Source: an uncultured Actinomycetes bacterium (GTDB lineage: Bacteria > Actinomycetota > Thermoleophilia > UBA2241). From it: a stretch of 64,000 nucleotides of DNA. Below, piece after piece: positions 21,520 to 31,426 of the stretch. Position 1 is the stretch's first letter, and every line of letters begins with the position of its first letter. Below the pieces are notes generated by a model. That model saw only the letters and a list, made by a program, of their open reading frames with translations, had not been told where the DNA came from and ran no database searches. The position numbers and the translations under genes are program-made. Where the stretch lies: assembly GCA_963833555.1 (NCBI GenBank), contig CAWHYB010000006.1:45331-109330 (forward strand), in the 5' to 3' direction.

Positions 21520-23379
21520 ATGACTCCGCAAAGCGGCCGACGAACAGCGACCTCCGCGGTCACGAGCGCCGGGAAGATCAAGGAGCGCATCCGGTTCCTG
21601 TCGGATCTGCAGCCCTTCAACGGGCTGAGCAAGCTCGAGCTCGAGCGAGTGGCGCGGTCGATCGTCGAGCGTGTCGTCGGTGCCGGCGAGGCCGTTCTGG
21701 TCGAAAGCGGTGTCCCGGGCACCGAGCTCTACGTAGTGCGCGGCGGCACCTTCGAGCTCGTCCACAAGGAAGCCATGGTCGCCCTGGTCACGCGCGGCGA
21801 GGTCTTCGGCCATCCGACGCTCCTCACGGGCTTGCCGCCCGAGTTCACCACGCGCGCGCGCAGCGACGCGACCCTCTACTGCATCCCCAAGGACGTGGCG
21901 ATCGGCCTGCTGAGCCACCCCGAAGGGCTTGTGTGGCTGGCCGGCAACCAGCGCGAGCGCCTGATCCAGGCGGCACGGACCATGCGCGCCTTACCGGACG
22001 TGCGCAATCGCCCCGTCACTTCGCTCATCCGCAGTGCTCCCCTGTTCTGCGAGCCCGAGACGCCCATCCGCGAAGCCGCAAAGTTGTTGGCCAGCGCAGG
22101 GCGCAGCGCGCTTCTGGTGCGGCTGCGCGAGGGTCTCGGCATCGTCACCGACGTCGACTTGCGCGACAAGGTCGTGCTCGCGGGCGTGTCTCGAGACGCG
22201 CCGGTATCGGCCATCATGACGACGCCCGTGCACACCATCGGAGCTGACGTGCTGGCGCCAGAGGCGAGCATCGCGATGATGGCATCCGGCGTGAACCACC
22301 TGCCGGTGCTCGCCGCCGACGGCACAGTGCTCGGTGTCCTCTCGGCAAGCAACCTCATGGCGCTCGACGCGCGCAGCCCGTTCGCCCTGCGCCGCTCGCT
22401 GCAGACGTCGGCCAGCCAGGACGACCTGGTGCAGGCCGCCGCCGACGCGCCGCGCCTGTTCGTCGACCTGGTCGACGCGCACCTCGACGCGCCGGCGCTG
22501 ATGCGCGTCGTGACCGTGCTGAGCGACGCCATGACCTCGCGCCTGCTCGAGCTCGCCATCGACCGGCACGGCCAGCCGCCGGTGCCCTATGCCTGGCTGG
22601 CCTTCGGCAGCAGCGCGCGCAGCGAGCTGACGCTGGCCTCGGACCAGGACAACGGCCTCGCCTACGCCGACACCGACGACCCCGCGGTCGACGAGTACTT
22701 CCGGCTCGTGGCCGAAGAGGTCAACGAGGGGCTGCGCCGCTGCGGCTTCGCCCTCGATCCGCACGGCGTGCTGGCGCGCTACGGGGAGTGGCGCATGACG
22801 CTGTCTGCCTGGAAGGACGTGTTCGCCGACTGTCTCGAGGGCAAGGACCTGGAGCGTCTCGCGCGCGCCAGCGTCGCCTTCGACTTCCGCCAGGTGGCCG
22901 GCGAGCTGTACATCGACCTCGCACTGACCGAGATCATGCGCCAAGCGTTCGCCCACAAGAGCTTCATGCGCGGGCTGGCGAAGCTGGGCACGCGCATCCG
23001 CGCGCCGCTCGGTTTTCGCCAGCGGCTCGAAGGCTGCATCGACATCAAGAAGCACGGCCTGGTCCCGGTGCAGAACCTGGCCCGCTACTACGCCTTCGCC
23101 CGGGGCATCACTGCGCACTCGACTGTCGAACGCCTGATCGCGGTGAGCGAGGCGAACGGCGAGGAGACCGTCGCGGAGCGCTCGCTGCGCGAGGCCTACA
23201 TCAGCATGGCGCAGCTGCAGCTGCGCCATCACGCCAACGCCATCCGCGACGGCCGGCCGCTCGACAACACCATCGACGTGGCGACGCTGCGCCCGCTGAC
23301 CAAAGCCACTCTCCAGGAGGCCATGCGCGAGGTCGCCGCCGAGCAGAGCAGGTTCCCGCGTCTCGCTGCGTTGCGCTGA
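21520..23379 (+). CDS. cNMP-binding / CBS-pair / DUF294 nucleotidyltransferase-like protein
   Basis: cNMP domain (GEVFG), two CBS motifs (GIVTDVDLR, HLPV), GSSARSE...SDQDNGL, C-terminal IDIKKHGLVPV. Confidence 0.9.
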   Translation: MTPQSGRRTATSAVTSAGKIKERIRFLSDLQPFNGLSKLELERVARSIVERVVGAGEAVLVESGVPGTELYVVRGGTFELVHKEAMVALVTRGEVFGHPTLLTGLPPEFTTRARSDATLYCIPKDVAIGLLSHPEGLVWLAGNQRERLIQAARTMRALPDVRNRPVTSLIRSAPLFCEPETPIREAAKLLASAGRSALLVRLREGLGIVTDVDLRDKVVLAGVSRDAPVSAIMTTPVHTIGADVLAPEASIAMMASGVNHLPVLAADGTVLGVLSASNLMALDARSPFALRRSLQTSASQDDLVQAAADAPRLFVDLVDAHLDAPALMRVVTVLSDAMTSRLLELAIDRHGQPPVPYAWLAFGSSARSELTLASDQDNGLAYADTDDPAVDEYFRLVAEEVNEGLRRCGFALDPHGVLARYGEWRMTLSAWKDVFADCLEGKDLERLARASVAFDFRQVAGELYIDLALTEIMRQAFAHKSFMRGLAKLGTRIRAPLGFRQRLEGCIDIKKHGLVPVQNLARYYAFARGITAHSTVERLIAVSEANGEETVAERSLREAYISMAQLQLRHHANAIRDGRPLDNTIDVATLRPLTKATLQEAMREVAAEQSRFPRLAALR

Positions 23380-23436
23380 CTTGCTCGACCGACATACGCG
23401 CGGGGGTCGGCCTCCGGTATGCTCTGACGCCCGTGG

Positions 23437-24810
23437 ATGAGGAGTCCGGTGGACGACGGACCCGATCAGGGCCGGGAACCAAGAGAACCAGGCGATATCG
23501 TGCCGGCTGCGGCGCCGGCCGACGAGGCGGGACGCCTCACGCCGGCGCCGCCCGTAGCCTCGGCTTGGCCGTGGCGCCTGCTCGGCCACGTGGTCGTCGA
23601 CGTCGGACCGCTGCGGCGTCATCGCGACTTCCGCCTGCTCTGGCTCGGGCAGGCCGTCACGCTCCTGGGCTCGATGGTCACCTACGTGGCGATCCCCTAT
23701 CAGGCGTACCAGCTCAGCCACTCCTCGCTGGTGGTCGGCCTGCTCAGCGCCGGCGAGCTCGTGCCGCTGCTGACCATGGCGCTGGTCGGCGGGGCGTTCG
23801 CCGACGCCATGGACCGGCGCCGGCTGGTCTTGCTCGCCGAGGCGCTGTTTGCCGCCGCCTCGGTCGCGCTCCTCGTCAACGGCCTGCTGCCGCATCCACG
23901 GCTCTGGGTGCTCTTTGTGATCGCGGCGGTCATGGCGGGGCTGGACGGTCTGCAGCGTCCGCCACTCGATGCTCTGCTACCGCGCCTCGTCGATCGCGAC
24001 GAGCTGACGGCCGCGGGCGCTCTCTCGGGGCTGCGCGGCACGGTCGGCACGATCGCTGGGCCGGCGTTGGGAGGAGTGCTCATAGCATCTGCCGGGGTCG
24101 GCGCGGCGTACGCGTTCGACGTGGCGACGTTCACCGTGTCCATCGTCGCTCTGGCGCTGATGCACGCCGTGCCACCGCCCACCGACGCCGAGCCGCCGAG
24201 CCTGCGCCGCATCGCCGAAGGCCTGCGCTACGCCGCGAGCCGCCAGGAGCTGCTGGGCACGTACGGCGTCGACATGATCGCGATGTTCTTCGGCATGCCG
24301 ATGGCGCTGTTCCCGGCGCTCGCCCAGCGCTTCGGTGGCGCGGGCGCGCTCGGGCTCCTCTACGCCGCGCCCGAGGTCGGCTCGCTCCTCGCGACCGTGA
24401 CCAGCGGCTGGAGCGCCCGCGTTCATCGCCACGGGGTCGCTGTGTGTCTGGCGGCCGCCGGCTGGGGCGCGGGCATCGTCCTTCTGGGCCTTGCGCCGAC
24501 CCTGGCGTGCGCACTCGTGGCGCTGGTGATCGCCGGCTTCTTCGACATGATCAGCGGCATCTTCAGGATGGTCATCTGGAACGAGACCATCCCCGACCGC
24601 CTGCGCGGCCGCCTGGCGGGCATCGAGCACATCTCGTACTCGACCGGTCCCGTGTTGGGCAACGTCGAGGCGGGCGTCGTCGGCTCGATCGTCGGCTTGC
24701 GCGCGGCGATCGCCTCGGGCGGGATCCTGTGCGTGGCCGGCGTCGGTGTGGCCGCCGCGCTGCTGCGCGGGTTCTGGCGCTATGACTCTCGTCGGGCGGA
24801 GCAGCCTTGA
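23437..24810 (+). CDS. MFS transporter (EntS-like / transmembrane secretion effector family)
   Basis: 12 TM helices, RDFRLLWLGQ, GAFADAMDRRR MFS motif A, PDRLRGR. Confidence 0.9.
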   Translation: MRSPVDDGPDQGREPREPGDIVPAAAPADEAGRLTPAPPVASAWPWRLLGHVVVDVGPLRRHRDFRLLWLGQAVTLLGSMVTYVAIPYQAYQLSHSSLVVGLLSAGELVPLLTMALVGGAFADAMDRRRLVLLAEALFAAASVALLVNGLLPHPRLWVLFVIAAVMAGLDGLQRPPLDALLPRLVDRDELTAAGALSGLRGTVGTIAGPALGGVLIASAGVGAAYAFDVATFTVSIVALALMHAVPPPTDAEPPSLRRIAEGLRYAASRQELLGTYGVDMIAMFFGMPMALFPALAQRFGGAGALGLLYAAPEVGSLLATVTSGWSARVHRHGVAVCLAAAGWGAGIVLLGLAPTLACALVALVIAGFFDMISGIFRMVIWNETIPDRLRGRLAGIEHISYSTGPVLGNVEAGVVGSIVGLRAAIASGGILCVAGVGVAAALLRGFWRYDSRRAEQP

Positions 24811-24827
24811 AGACGGAGGCGAGGACC

Positions 24828-25649
24828 CTAGTCGCGAGCCTCGTGCCCCGTGAACTCGTCCATGGCAGCGGTGACGCCGAAGAAGTCGGCGAGGCGGTCG
24901 AACGCCCACAGCGGCAGCACGCGCATCGCCGGCAGCGTGCGCACCATGAAGGGCATGAGCAGCTTCACCTTGTCGCGGCGGATCGCATCGATGATGGCGT
25001 CGACGACCTCGTCCTCGGCCAGGATCGGCAGGAGCAACGGGAAGCGGGTCTTGACGCCGGCGAACATGCCCGTGTCGATGTAGAAGGGACAGACGACGGT
25101 CGTGCGCACGCCGGGAGCGCTGCGTCGCAGTTCGAAGCGCAGCGCCTCGGTGAACCCGACCGCGGCGTGCTTGCTGGCGGCGTAGTCGGTCTCGCGCGGC
25201 GAGCCGATGAGCCCGGCTGCCGAAGCGACGGTGACGATGTGCCCGCCGTCGCGGGCGACCATGGCCGGCAGGAACGCTCGCGTCACCCAGAACGGCGCCA
25301 AGGCGTTGACCGCGAAGGTCGTCTCGATCTGTTCGTCGCTCAGGTCGAGGAGCGATTCGCCGCTCACCACGCCGGCGTTGTTGACGAGGATGTCGACCGG
25401 GCCGAGCTCGGCCTGCACGCGCTGAGCGACCGCGGCCACCTGGCCGCGGTCGCTTACGTCGCAGGCATAGCCGGCCGCTCGGGCGGCGCCCAGGGCGGCC
25501 GCCTCGGCGGCCGCCCTCTCGGCGCCGCCCTCGTCGAGGTCGAGGATGCTGACGACCGCGCCCAGGGTGGCGCAGCGCAAGGCCAGCCCGCGGCCGATGC
25601 CCGACGCGCCGCCGGTGATGAGCACATGCTTCGTGGCGATGAGTGTCAT
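24828..25649 (-). CDS. Short-chain dehydrogenase/reductase
   Basis: ITGGASGIG, NNAGV, YAASK catalytic YxxxK. Confidence 0.93.
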   Translation of the reverse strand: MTLIATKHVLITGGASGIGRGLALRCATLGAVVSILDLDEGGAERAAAEAAALGAARAAGYACDVSDRGQVAAVAQRVQAELGPVDILVNNAGVVSGESLLDLSDEQIETTFAVNALAPFWVTRAFLPAMVARDGGHIVTVASAAGLIGSPRETDYAASKHAAVGFTEALRFELRRSAPGVRTTVVCPFYIDTGMFAGVKTRFPLLLPILAEDEVVDAIIDAIRRDKVKLLMPFMVRTLPAMRVLPLWAFDRLADFFGVTAAMDEFTGHEARD

Positions 25650-25665
25650 CGTCGTCCCCGCGCCG

Positions 25666-27306
25666 TCAGTCGATGCCGGGCACGTGCTTGAGCACGCGCA
25701 GCGCGAGGCTCATGAAGGCCGCGTACTGCTCGTGCTTGGCGAACGGCGGCGTGTCGATCGCCATGAACCGCTCAGTCGCCACGGTCTGTGCCTCGGTGTA
25801 CTTGAGGATCCCGGCGGCGCCGTGACGGCGCCCCAGCCCCGACTCCTTGAAGCCGCCCATCGGGCTTGCGGCCGAGCCCCACGTGGCGGCGTAGGCTTCG
25901 TTGATGTTGACGGTCCCCGCCTGCAGACGCTCGGCGATCTCGCGGCCCGCGCGCGCGTCGCGCGTCCAGACGCTGGCGTTGAGGCCGTAGCCGGTGTCGT
26001 TGGCGCGCGCGACCATCTCGTCGATCGAGTCGCAGCGGTACACCGCCGCGACGGGACCGAACGTCTCGGCGCGGCAGAGTGTCATCTCCTCGGCGACGCC
26101 GCTCAGCAGTGTGGGCTCGTAGAAGTAGGGGCCGAGGTCGGGGCGGGCCCGCCCGCCCGCGAGCACCTCGGCCCCCTTGGCCACAGCGTCGTCGACATGC
26201 GCCTGGACCGTGGCGAGCTGCTCCGCGCTGATCAGCGAACCCATGTCGGCGCTGAAGTCGAGCCCCGCGCCGAGCTTGACCTCGCCGAGCGCCTGGGCGA
26301 GCCTGGGCACGAACGCGTCGTAGATGTCGGTGTGCACGTAGAGGCGCTCGATGCTGATGCAGAGCTGCCCCGCGTTCGAGCAGATGCCGCGCACCGCACC
26401 GCGCACGGTCGTGCCGAGGCGCGCGTCGGGCAGCACCAGCAGCGGGTTCTTGCCGCCGAGCTCCATCGAGCAGTCCTTGAGCCGCTCGGCCGCCTGCGCC
26501 GCGACGATGCGTCCGGTGGCCGTCGAGCCGGTGAACATGAGGAAGTCGGTGGCGTCGATCAGCGCCCGGCCGAGCTCGGCGCCGCGGCCGGTGACCACCT
26601 GCAGCAGACCGCGCGGCAGACCGGCCTCGGCGAGCAGCGCCGAGGCCCACAGGGCGGTGTACGGCGTCTGGGCGTCGGGCTTGAGGACGACGCCGTTGCC
26701 GGCCAGCAGCGCCGGGATGGCGTCGCCGATGCTGAGCGAAAGCGGGTAGTTCCAGGGGGCGATCATGCCGATCAGACCGCGCGGGTGGTGCAGCTCGAAG
26801 GTCCTGGTGAGCAGCGGCAGCGCGCCCTGGCGGCGGCGCGGACGCAGGTAGTCCGCCGCCGTGTGGGCGTAGTAGCGCGCCTGGATGGCGACGTCGAGGA
26901 TCTCTTCGAAGGCGTGACGGCGGGCTTTGCCGGTCTCGAGCTGGATGACGTCGAGCGCCTCGCGGGCGTTGTCGATGATGAGGTCGTGGAACCGCAGGAA
27001 GACCGCGGCGCGCTCGGCGGCGGGCCGCCGTGCCCAGGCCGCCTGGGCCGCTCTCGCGGCCGCGGCGGCCTGGGCCACGTCGGCGACCCGCCCCGTCGGC
27101 ACCTCGCCCAGCGTCTGGCCGCTGAAGGGCATCTCCACTGGGGTCGTCTCGACACGTTCGGCCTCGCCTGGCAACGCCTCGCCTGGCGGCGACTCGCCGG
27201 GTCCGGCCACAGCGGCGCGCGTCGCGAGGCGCGCAAGCATGGCCGAACTCACCCGCGCCGACCACTGTCGATCCTGTACGGCGTCGTCGGTGACACCCGT
27301 CGCCAT
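25666..27306 (-). CDS. gabD: Aldehyde dehydrogenase, actinobacterial succinate-semialdehyde dehydrogenase (GabD2-like)
   Basis: APWNYP, FTGSTATG, ELGGKN, AGQLCISIER, ETFGPV, YGLNASVW, GGFKESGLGRRHG. Confidence 0.85.
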   Translation of the reverse strand: MATGVTDDAVQDRQWSARVSSAMLARLATRAAVAGPGESPPGEALPGEAERVETTPVEMPFSGQTLGEVPTGRVADVAQAAAAARAAQAAWARRPAAERAAVFLRFHDLIIDNAREALDVIQLETGKARRHAFEEILDVAIQARYYAHTAADYLRPRRRQGALPLLTRTFELHHPRGLIGMIAPWNYPLSLSIGDAIPALLAGNGVVLKPDAQTPYTALWASALLAEAGLPRGLLQVVTGRGAELGRALIDATDFLMFTGSTATGRIVAAQAAERLKDCSMELGGKNPLLVLPDARLGTTVRGAVRGICSNAGQLCISIERLYVHTDIYDAFVPRLAQALGEVKLGAGLDFSADMGSLISAEQLATVQAHVDDAVAKGAEVLAGGRARPDLGPYFYEPTLLSGVAEEMTLCRAETFGPVAAVYRCDSIDEMVARANDTGYGLNASVWTRDARAGREIAERLQAGTVNINEAYAATWGSAASPMGGFKESGLGRRHGAAGILKYTEAQTVATERFMAIDTPPFAKHEQYAAFMSLALRVLKHVPGID

Positions 27307-27392
27307 CGCGTTCTCCCTTCCGCAGACTGGACCCGGACCGGTCACGGCGCACAGCGTACACCCGCGGAGGCGCCTCCGGCTTGTACGAGCGG

Positions 27393-27656
27393 CTACTCCG
27401 CGAACGCCTCGTCGATGAAGCAGTAGCGCCACGTCTCGCCCGGCTGGAACGAGCGGATGACCGGGTGGCCCGTCTCGTGGGCATGCGCCGTCGCGTGCTT
27501 GCCGATCGAGTCGTCGCAGCACCCGACGTGCCCGCAGCCGAGGCACTTGCGCAGATGGACCCACTGCTGGCCGATCTTGAGGCACTCCTCGCAGCCTTGC
27601 GTGCCCGCTTCAGGTTCGGGGACCGGGACCGAGTCCATGTGCTCACACTCCGCCAT
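27393..27656 (-). CDS. UBP-type zinc finger protein
   Basis: CEEC...WVHLRKCLGCGHVGCCD...HATAH...HPVIRS..PGETWRYC. Confidence 0.92.
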   Translation of the reverse strand: MAECEHMDSVPVPEPEAGTQGCEECLKIGQQWVHLRKCLGCGHVGCCDDSIGKHATAHAHETGHPVIRSFQPGETWRYCFIDEAFAE

Positions 27657-27707
27657 GGTGCTTCCTTTCGTCGGGTTCACGCGTCGTGTCCCCGGTAGCC
27701 CCCAAGC

Positions 27708-28112
27708 TCAGTCGCGGGCCGGCCCCTGCTGGACTGCCCAGCCGTTGCCGTCAGGGTCGCTGAAGAAGACGAACGAGCTCCAGTCCCCGCCGGGGCCGTC
27801 GAGCGGCACACCGTTCTCGAAGTGCTTGACGTCGCTGACCGGCACGCCGCGCTCAACGAGCTCTCTGTGGGCCGCCTCGATGTCGGGCACGACGAGCTGC
27901 AGGCCCTTCACCGAGCCCGGCGGCATGTCGACGAGCCCGACGCCGAAGGCGATCGAACAGGCCGAACCGCGGGGCGTCAGCTGTACGACGCGCGCCGTCT
28001 CGCTCATGCGATTGTCGTGGTCGAGCACGAAGCCGACCTGCTCGCTGTAGAAGCGCTTCGCCCGGTCGACATCCGCAACGGGGATGACCACCACCTCAAG
28101 CTTCCAGTCCAT
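27708..28112 (-). CDS. VOC (glyoxalase/bleomycin resistance) family protein
   Basis: LEVVVIPVADVDRAKRFY, QLTPRGSACSI, FFSDPDGNGWAVQ. Confidence 0.92.
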   Translation of the reverse strand: MDWKLEVVVIPVADVDRAKRFYSEQVGFVLDHDNRMSETARVVQLTPRGSACSIAFGVGLVDMPPGSVKGLQLVVPDIEAAHRELVERGVPVSDVKHFENGVPLDGPGGDWSSFVFFSDPDGNGWAVQQGPARD

Positions 28113-28153
28113 ATCGCCTCCGTCCTTTCACACAATGCCGCCCGCCGCTTCGG

Positions 28154-29023
28154 TCAGGCACGTCGCCACGTCGCGACGTACTCTACGCCGCGCTGGGGCA
28201 CGCCGACATCCGGTTCGTCGCGCCGCCAGCCGCCGGTCAGCCCCAGCTCGCCCGCGGCAAGCTCGAAGTGGCACATGGCGATGCCCAAGTCGACCCGCTG
28301 CAGGTCGGCGAGGCGCAGCAGCGCAAAGAGCGCGCTGCCCTTGCCGTATCCCTTGCTGCGCTGCAGATAGAAGTGCCAGTCGGCGCCGTGGCGCACGATG
28401 CGCCAAGGCTGCTTGTTGGTCGCCGACGGCGCCATGCGCACGCTCTCGAGCACGACCCCGAACCCGTCGGCCGTGTCGGCCGCGTCGAGCGCGAGCGGCC
28501 CGCCGAACCGTTCCGCGAAGAAGAGGGAGGAGGCGGGCAGCCTGCGGCTGCCCGCCTCCCGCTCGCGGATGCGCTCGGTGCCGTCGTCGCCGCGGTAGCC
28601 GAGCGACACGACGGCGGGCATCGTCTCGTCGCGCTCGAGCCCGCCCATGCGCGCCGCGAAGCTGCCCTTCGTGAAGGAGCCCCCCAGCCAGCACGTGCCC
28701 AAGCCGAGACCGGTGGCGTACAGGATGGCCTGCTCCACGAGGTAGCCGTAGTCCTCGAGGTCGTTGGGCGCACGCCGCACGGCGCCGACGAGGAAACCGG
28801 TCGCCCCCTTGATGAAGCCGTAGGTGCCGAGACGCTTCAGCGCCGCCGAGTCGCCGGGAGAGGCGGCGACCACCGCGAACCGCGCCCGCGAGCCCAGCGG
28901 CCCGACGGCGTGGGCGGCCAGGTACGCCTCGAGGGCAGCCTTGTCGGGCGGCGCGATCGTCTCGGCGCGGTACGTGCGGCACGAGTAGCGTGCGTTGATC
29001 AGGTCGACTACAGGTGCCTGCAA
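28154..29023 (-). CDS. Nitroreductase family protein (two-domain)
   Basis: RYSCRTY, GLGTCWLGG, RMAPSATNKQPW, DLGIAMCHF. Confidence 0.88.
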   Translation of the reverse strand: MQAPVVDLINARYSCRTYRAETIAPPDKAALEAYLAAHAVGPLGSRARFAVVAASPGDSAALKRLGTYGFIKGATGFLVGAVRRAPNDLEDYGYLVEQAILYATGLGLGTCWLGGSFTKGSFAARMGGLERDETMPAVVSLGYRGDDGTERIREREAGSRRLPASSLFFAERFGGPLALDAADTADGFGVVLESVRMAPSATNKQPWRIVRHGADWHFYLQRSKGYGKGSALFALLRLADLQRVDLGIAMCHFELAAGELGLTGGWRRDEPDVGVPQRGVEYVATWRRA

Positions 29024-29064
29024 CGGGTCAGCTCCTCAGCGTGTGTCCAGAGGCGGTGGCTTAC

Positions 29065-29508
29065 CTACTCGTCGAGCCCGTCTCGCTCGTCGGCCCGGAC
29101 GAACGCATCGAGCTTCTCCTCGAGGTCTTCGAACAGCTCGTCGAGCTTGTCGTCGAGTTGCGCGAGCATCTCGTCGATCTGCTCGTCGTCGTCGTTCCAG
29201 GAGTCGATCTCTTCGTGGCGGCTCTCGACGGTGGCCAGCGATTCCGGCGCGAACAGCGCCGCGACGTAGTCAAGGCAGGCGACGACGGCCGGCGCGCGGA
29301 GCATCCGCAGCGCCGCCCGGCACTCGTCGAGGTTGTCGGCGCCCGAGCCGTAGAAGTAGCTGATCAGCCCGCCGTTGCGGGTGTCGTCGATCAGCGTCCG
29401 GACCGTCACCCAGGCGGCTTCTCGCGGCGTCAGGCTCTCGTAGCCTGCCCGCTCGATCTTGTCGCAGAGCCGGTCCCAGGCTCGCGCGACGCCGTCATCC
29501 ATTGACAA
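29065..29508 (-). CDS. DUF4375 / DMP19 family acidic protein
   Basis: Y..LT..E, NGGLISYF.GSG motif, strongly acidic C-terminal helices. Confidence 0.72.
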   Translation of the reverse strand: MSMDDGVARAWDRLCDKIERAGYESLTPREAAWVTVRTLIDDTRNGGLISYFYGSGADNLDECRAALRMLRAPAVVACLDYVAALFAPESLATVESRHEEIDSWNDDDEQIDEMLAQLDDKLDELFEDLEEKLDAFVRADERDGLDE

Positions 29509-30193
29509 CTCCCGGATCCGTTGTTGCGGCGCCCCAGGCGAACGGTTTGCCGTGGCCCGGATAGACGGTCACGACGTGCAGACTCCGCAGCTTCTCCATG
29601 CTCGCCTTGTGGGCGGCTTCGTCATCGATGATGGGCACGCTCGGCTTGCGCCAGTTGTAGAGCAGATCGCCGCAGACCAGGTCGCCGGCGGCGGTGAGTA
29701 CTCCGATCGAGCCCTTCGAGTGTCCCGGCAGGTGCAGGATCCGTGCGTCGAGTCCGTAGCTTCCAAGTTCGAAGTCCTCATCGACGAGAAGGTCGGGCGC
29801 GAACGTCTCGAGGGCGACGCCTCTGCGTGAGAGCTCCATCAGCGTGCCCGCGACCCGGATGAAACGGCCCGTCAGGGTCATGCGGTCGGGCTTGGGCTTG
29901 CGGTTCCAGTCCGTGTCGCCGGTCTCGACCATGCCGGCGTCGTCGGGATGCACAGCGACCTTCACGCCATACGTCGTGCGCAGATGAGCCGCGTTGCCGG
30001 CGTGGTCGACGTCGCCGTGGGTCAGCACGATGAGCTTGAGCCTGCCGGGCACGCAGCCCGCACGCGCGAGCTCTGTGTCGAGCGTGGCGCGCTTGGTGGC
30101 GAGCCCCGTGTCGACCAGGACGAACCCTTCGCCGGCCGCCAGCAGGTAGCAGTTGACGCCGCCCAGGCCGATGGTCTTGATCGCTTCCGTCAT
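29495..30193 (-). CDS. MBL-fold metallo-hydrolase
   Basis: LVDTG, THGDVDHAG, PGHSKGS, GD, YPGHG. Confidence 0.92.
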   Translation of the reverse strand: MTEAIKTIGLGGVNCYLLAAGEGFVLVDTGLATKRATLDTELARAGCVPGRLKLIVLTHGDVDHAGNAAHLRTTYGVKVAVHPDDAGMVETGDTDWNRKPKPDRMTLTGRFIRVAGTLMELSRRGVALETFAPDLLVDEDFELGSYGLDARILHLPGHSKGSIGVLTAAGDLVCGDLLYNWRKPSVPIIDDEAAHKASMEKLRSLHVVTVYPGHGKPFAWGAATTDPGVVNG

Positions 30194-30204
30194 GGCCTCC
30201 TCCT

Positions 30205-30826
30205 TCAGCTCAGACGCTCGATGAGCTCGGCCGTCGTGACGATCTCGGCGAAGCCTGCGCCGAGCGCGGTGAGCGTACTACGAAGGACCTCGTCGTGCGG
30301 CACGGGGCGGCCCGACGGCGTCTTCGAGGTCGGGCCCCTCGTTCGCGTCGGCGACGAACAGCACCTCGTAGTCGCGGCCGTGGGCGTCGCGGGCGGTCGT
30401 CTCGCAGCAGAAGCTCGTCATGAGGCCGCACACGACGACCGCCCGCACCTGCGCCGTGCGCAGCACCGCCTCGAGGTCGGTCCCCAGGAAGCTGCTGTAG
30501 CGGCGCTTCACGATCCTGACGTCGCCGGGCTCCACGTGCAGTTCGGGGATCAGCTCGACCCGCGGCGTGCCTTCGACGAACGAGTCCTCCTCGTCGGGCG
30601 CGGAGAAGTCGCCCATGCGGCCGGCGTCGCTGCCGTCGGAGCGGTTCATATGCTGCATGAAGACGATCGGCAGGCCGTGCACACGGAAGGTGTCGATCAG
30701 GTGGTTGACGTTGCCCAGGATGTCGGCGGCGTGTTCCACGAACGCCGGACCGTCGGGGTCGAAGTACTCGCGCTGCACGTCGATGACGAGCAGCGCCGTG
30801 CGGCCGTGGCTGAGGTCGTAGATCAT
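30205..30826 (-). CDS. Isochorismatase-family cysteine hydrolase; frameshift near 30300
   Basis: LLVIDVQREYF, KRRYSSF, GLMTSFCCETTARDA; second frame gives HDEVLRSTLTALGAGFAEIVTTAELIERLS*. Confidence 0.88.
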
Positions 30827-30927
30827 GATGGCTCCTCCGGGCGAGGTGGTCGTCCTCCAGGATCGGGGTACTCATGGGAGACGATACCTCAGCGCGCAAC
30901 GCCCAGAGGAGCGCGGGAGCTTCAGGG

Positions 30928-30960
30928 GGGCGGTGGGGCCGCAACGCGGCCCCACCGCCC
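30928..30960 (-). terminator. Perfect 15-bp hairpin after the pyridoxamine-oxidase-family gene
   Basis: GGGCGGTGGGGCCGC-AAC-GCGGCCCCACCGCCC, 10 nt from the stop at 30970. Confidence 0.65.
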
Positions 30961-30969
30961 TGCCCCCGC

Positions 30970-31404
30970 CTAGAACCGGATCCTCTCCAGGTCCCGTTCC
31001 TTCAGGATGTCCGTCAACGTCCAGAAGTGGGCTTCGCCGGAGCCGATGCGGAACACCTCGGCGATCGGCTCGAGCGGCCGGCCGACGATGCCCTCGAGGG
31101 CGGCTCGCTCCGCGGCCACCTTCCTGGTCAGATCGGCATCGTCAACGAACTCGATCTCGCCGGCGACCCTCATCATCCTTGCGTCGGGCAGGTCGGCGGC
31201 CCCGTTGTAGAAGCACACCTCCACGCGAGCATCGCGATGCAGCTGGGCGCTGAGGCTCTTGGGCGACATCGTCATGAAGTAGAAGCCTCGCTTGTCGGCA
31301 AACCACAGCAGCAGGGCCCGCACACGCGGCCGGCCCTCATCGGTTGTCGCCAGATAGCACACCGGATGCTCGGTGGCGAAGGCAAGACACTCGTCGAGAC
31401 TCAC
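30970..31404 (-). CDS. Pyridoxamine 5'-phosphate oxidase family (FMN split-barrel) protein
   Basis: CYLATTDEGRPRVR, FYFMT..K...QL....VEVCF; AAGGAG RBS with GTG start. Confidence 0.85.
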   Translation of the reverse strand: MSLDECLAFATEHPVCYLATTDEGRPRVRALLLWFADKRGFYFMTMSPKSLSAQLHRDARVEVCFYNGAADLPDARMMRVAGEIEFVDDADLTRKVAAERAALEGIVGRPLEPIAEVFRIGSGEAHFWTLTDILKERDLERIRF

Positions 31405-31426
31405 GGCCTTCTCCTTTGCCGGACGC

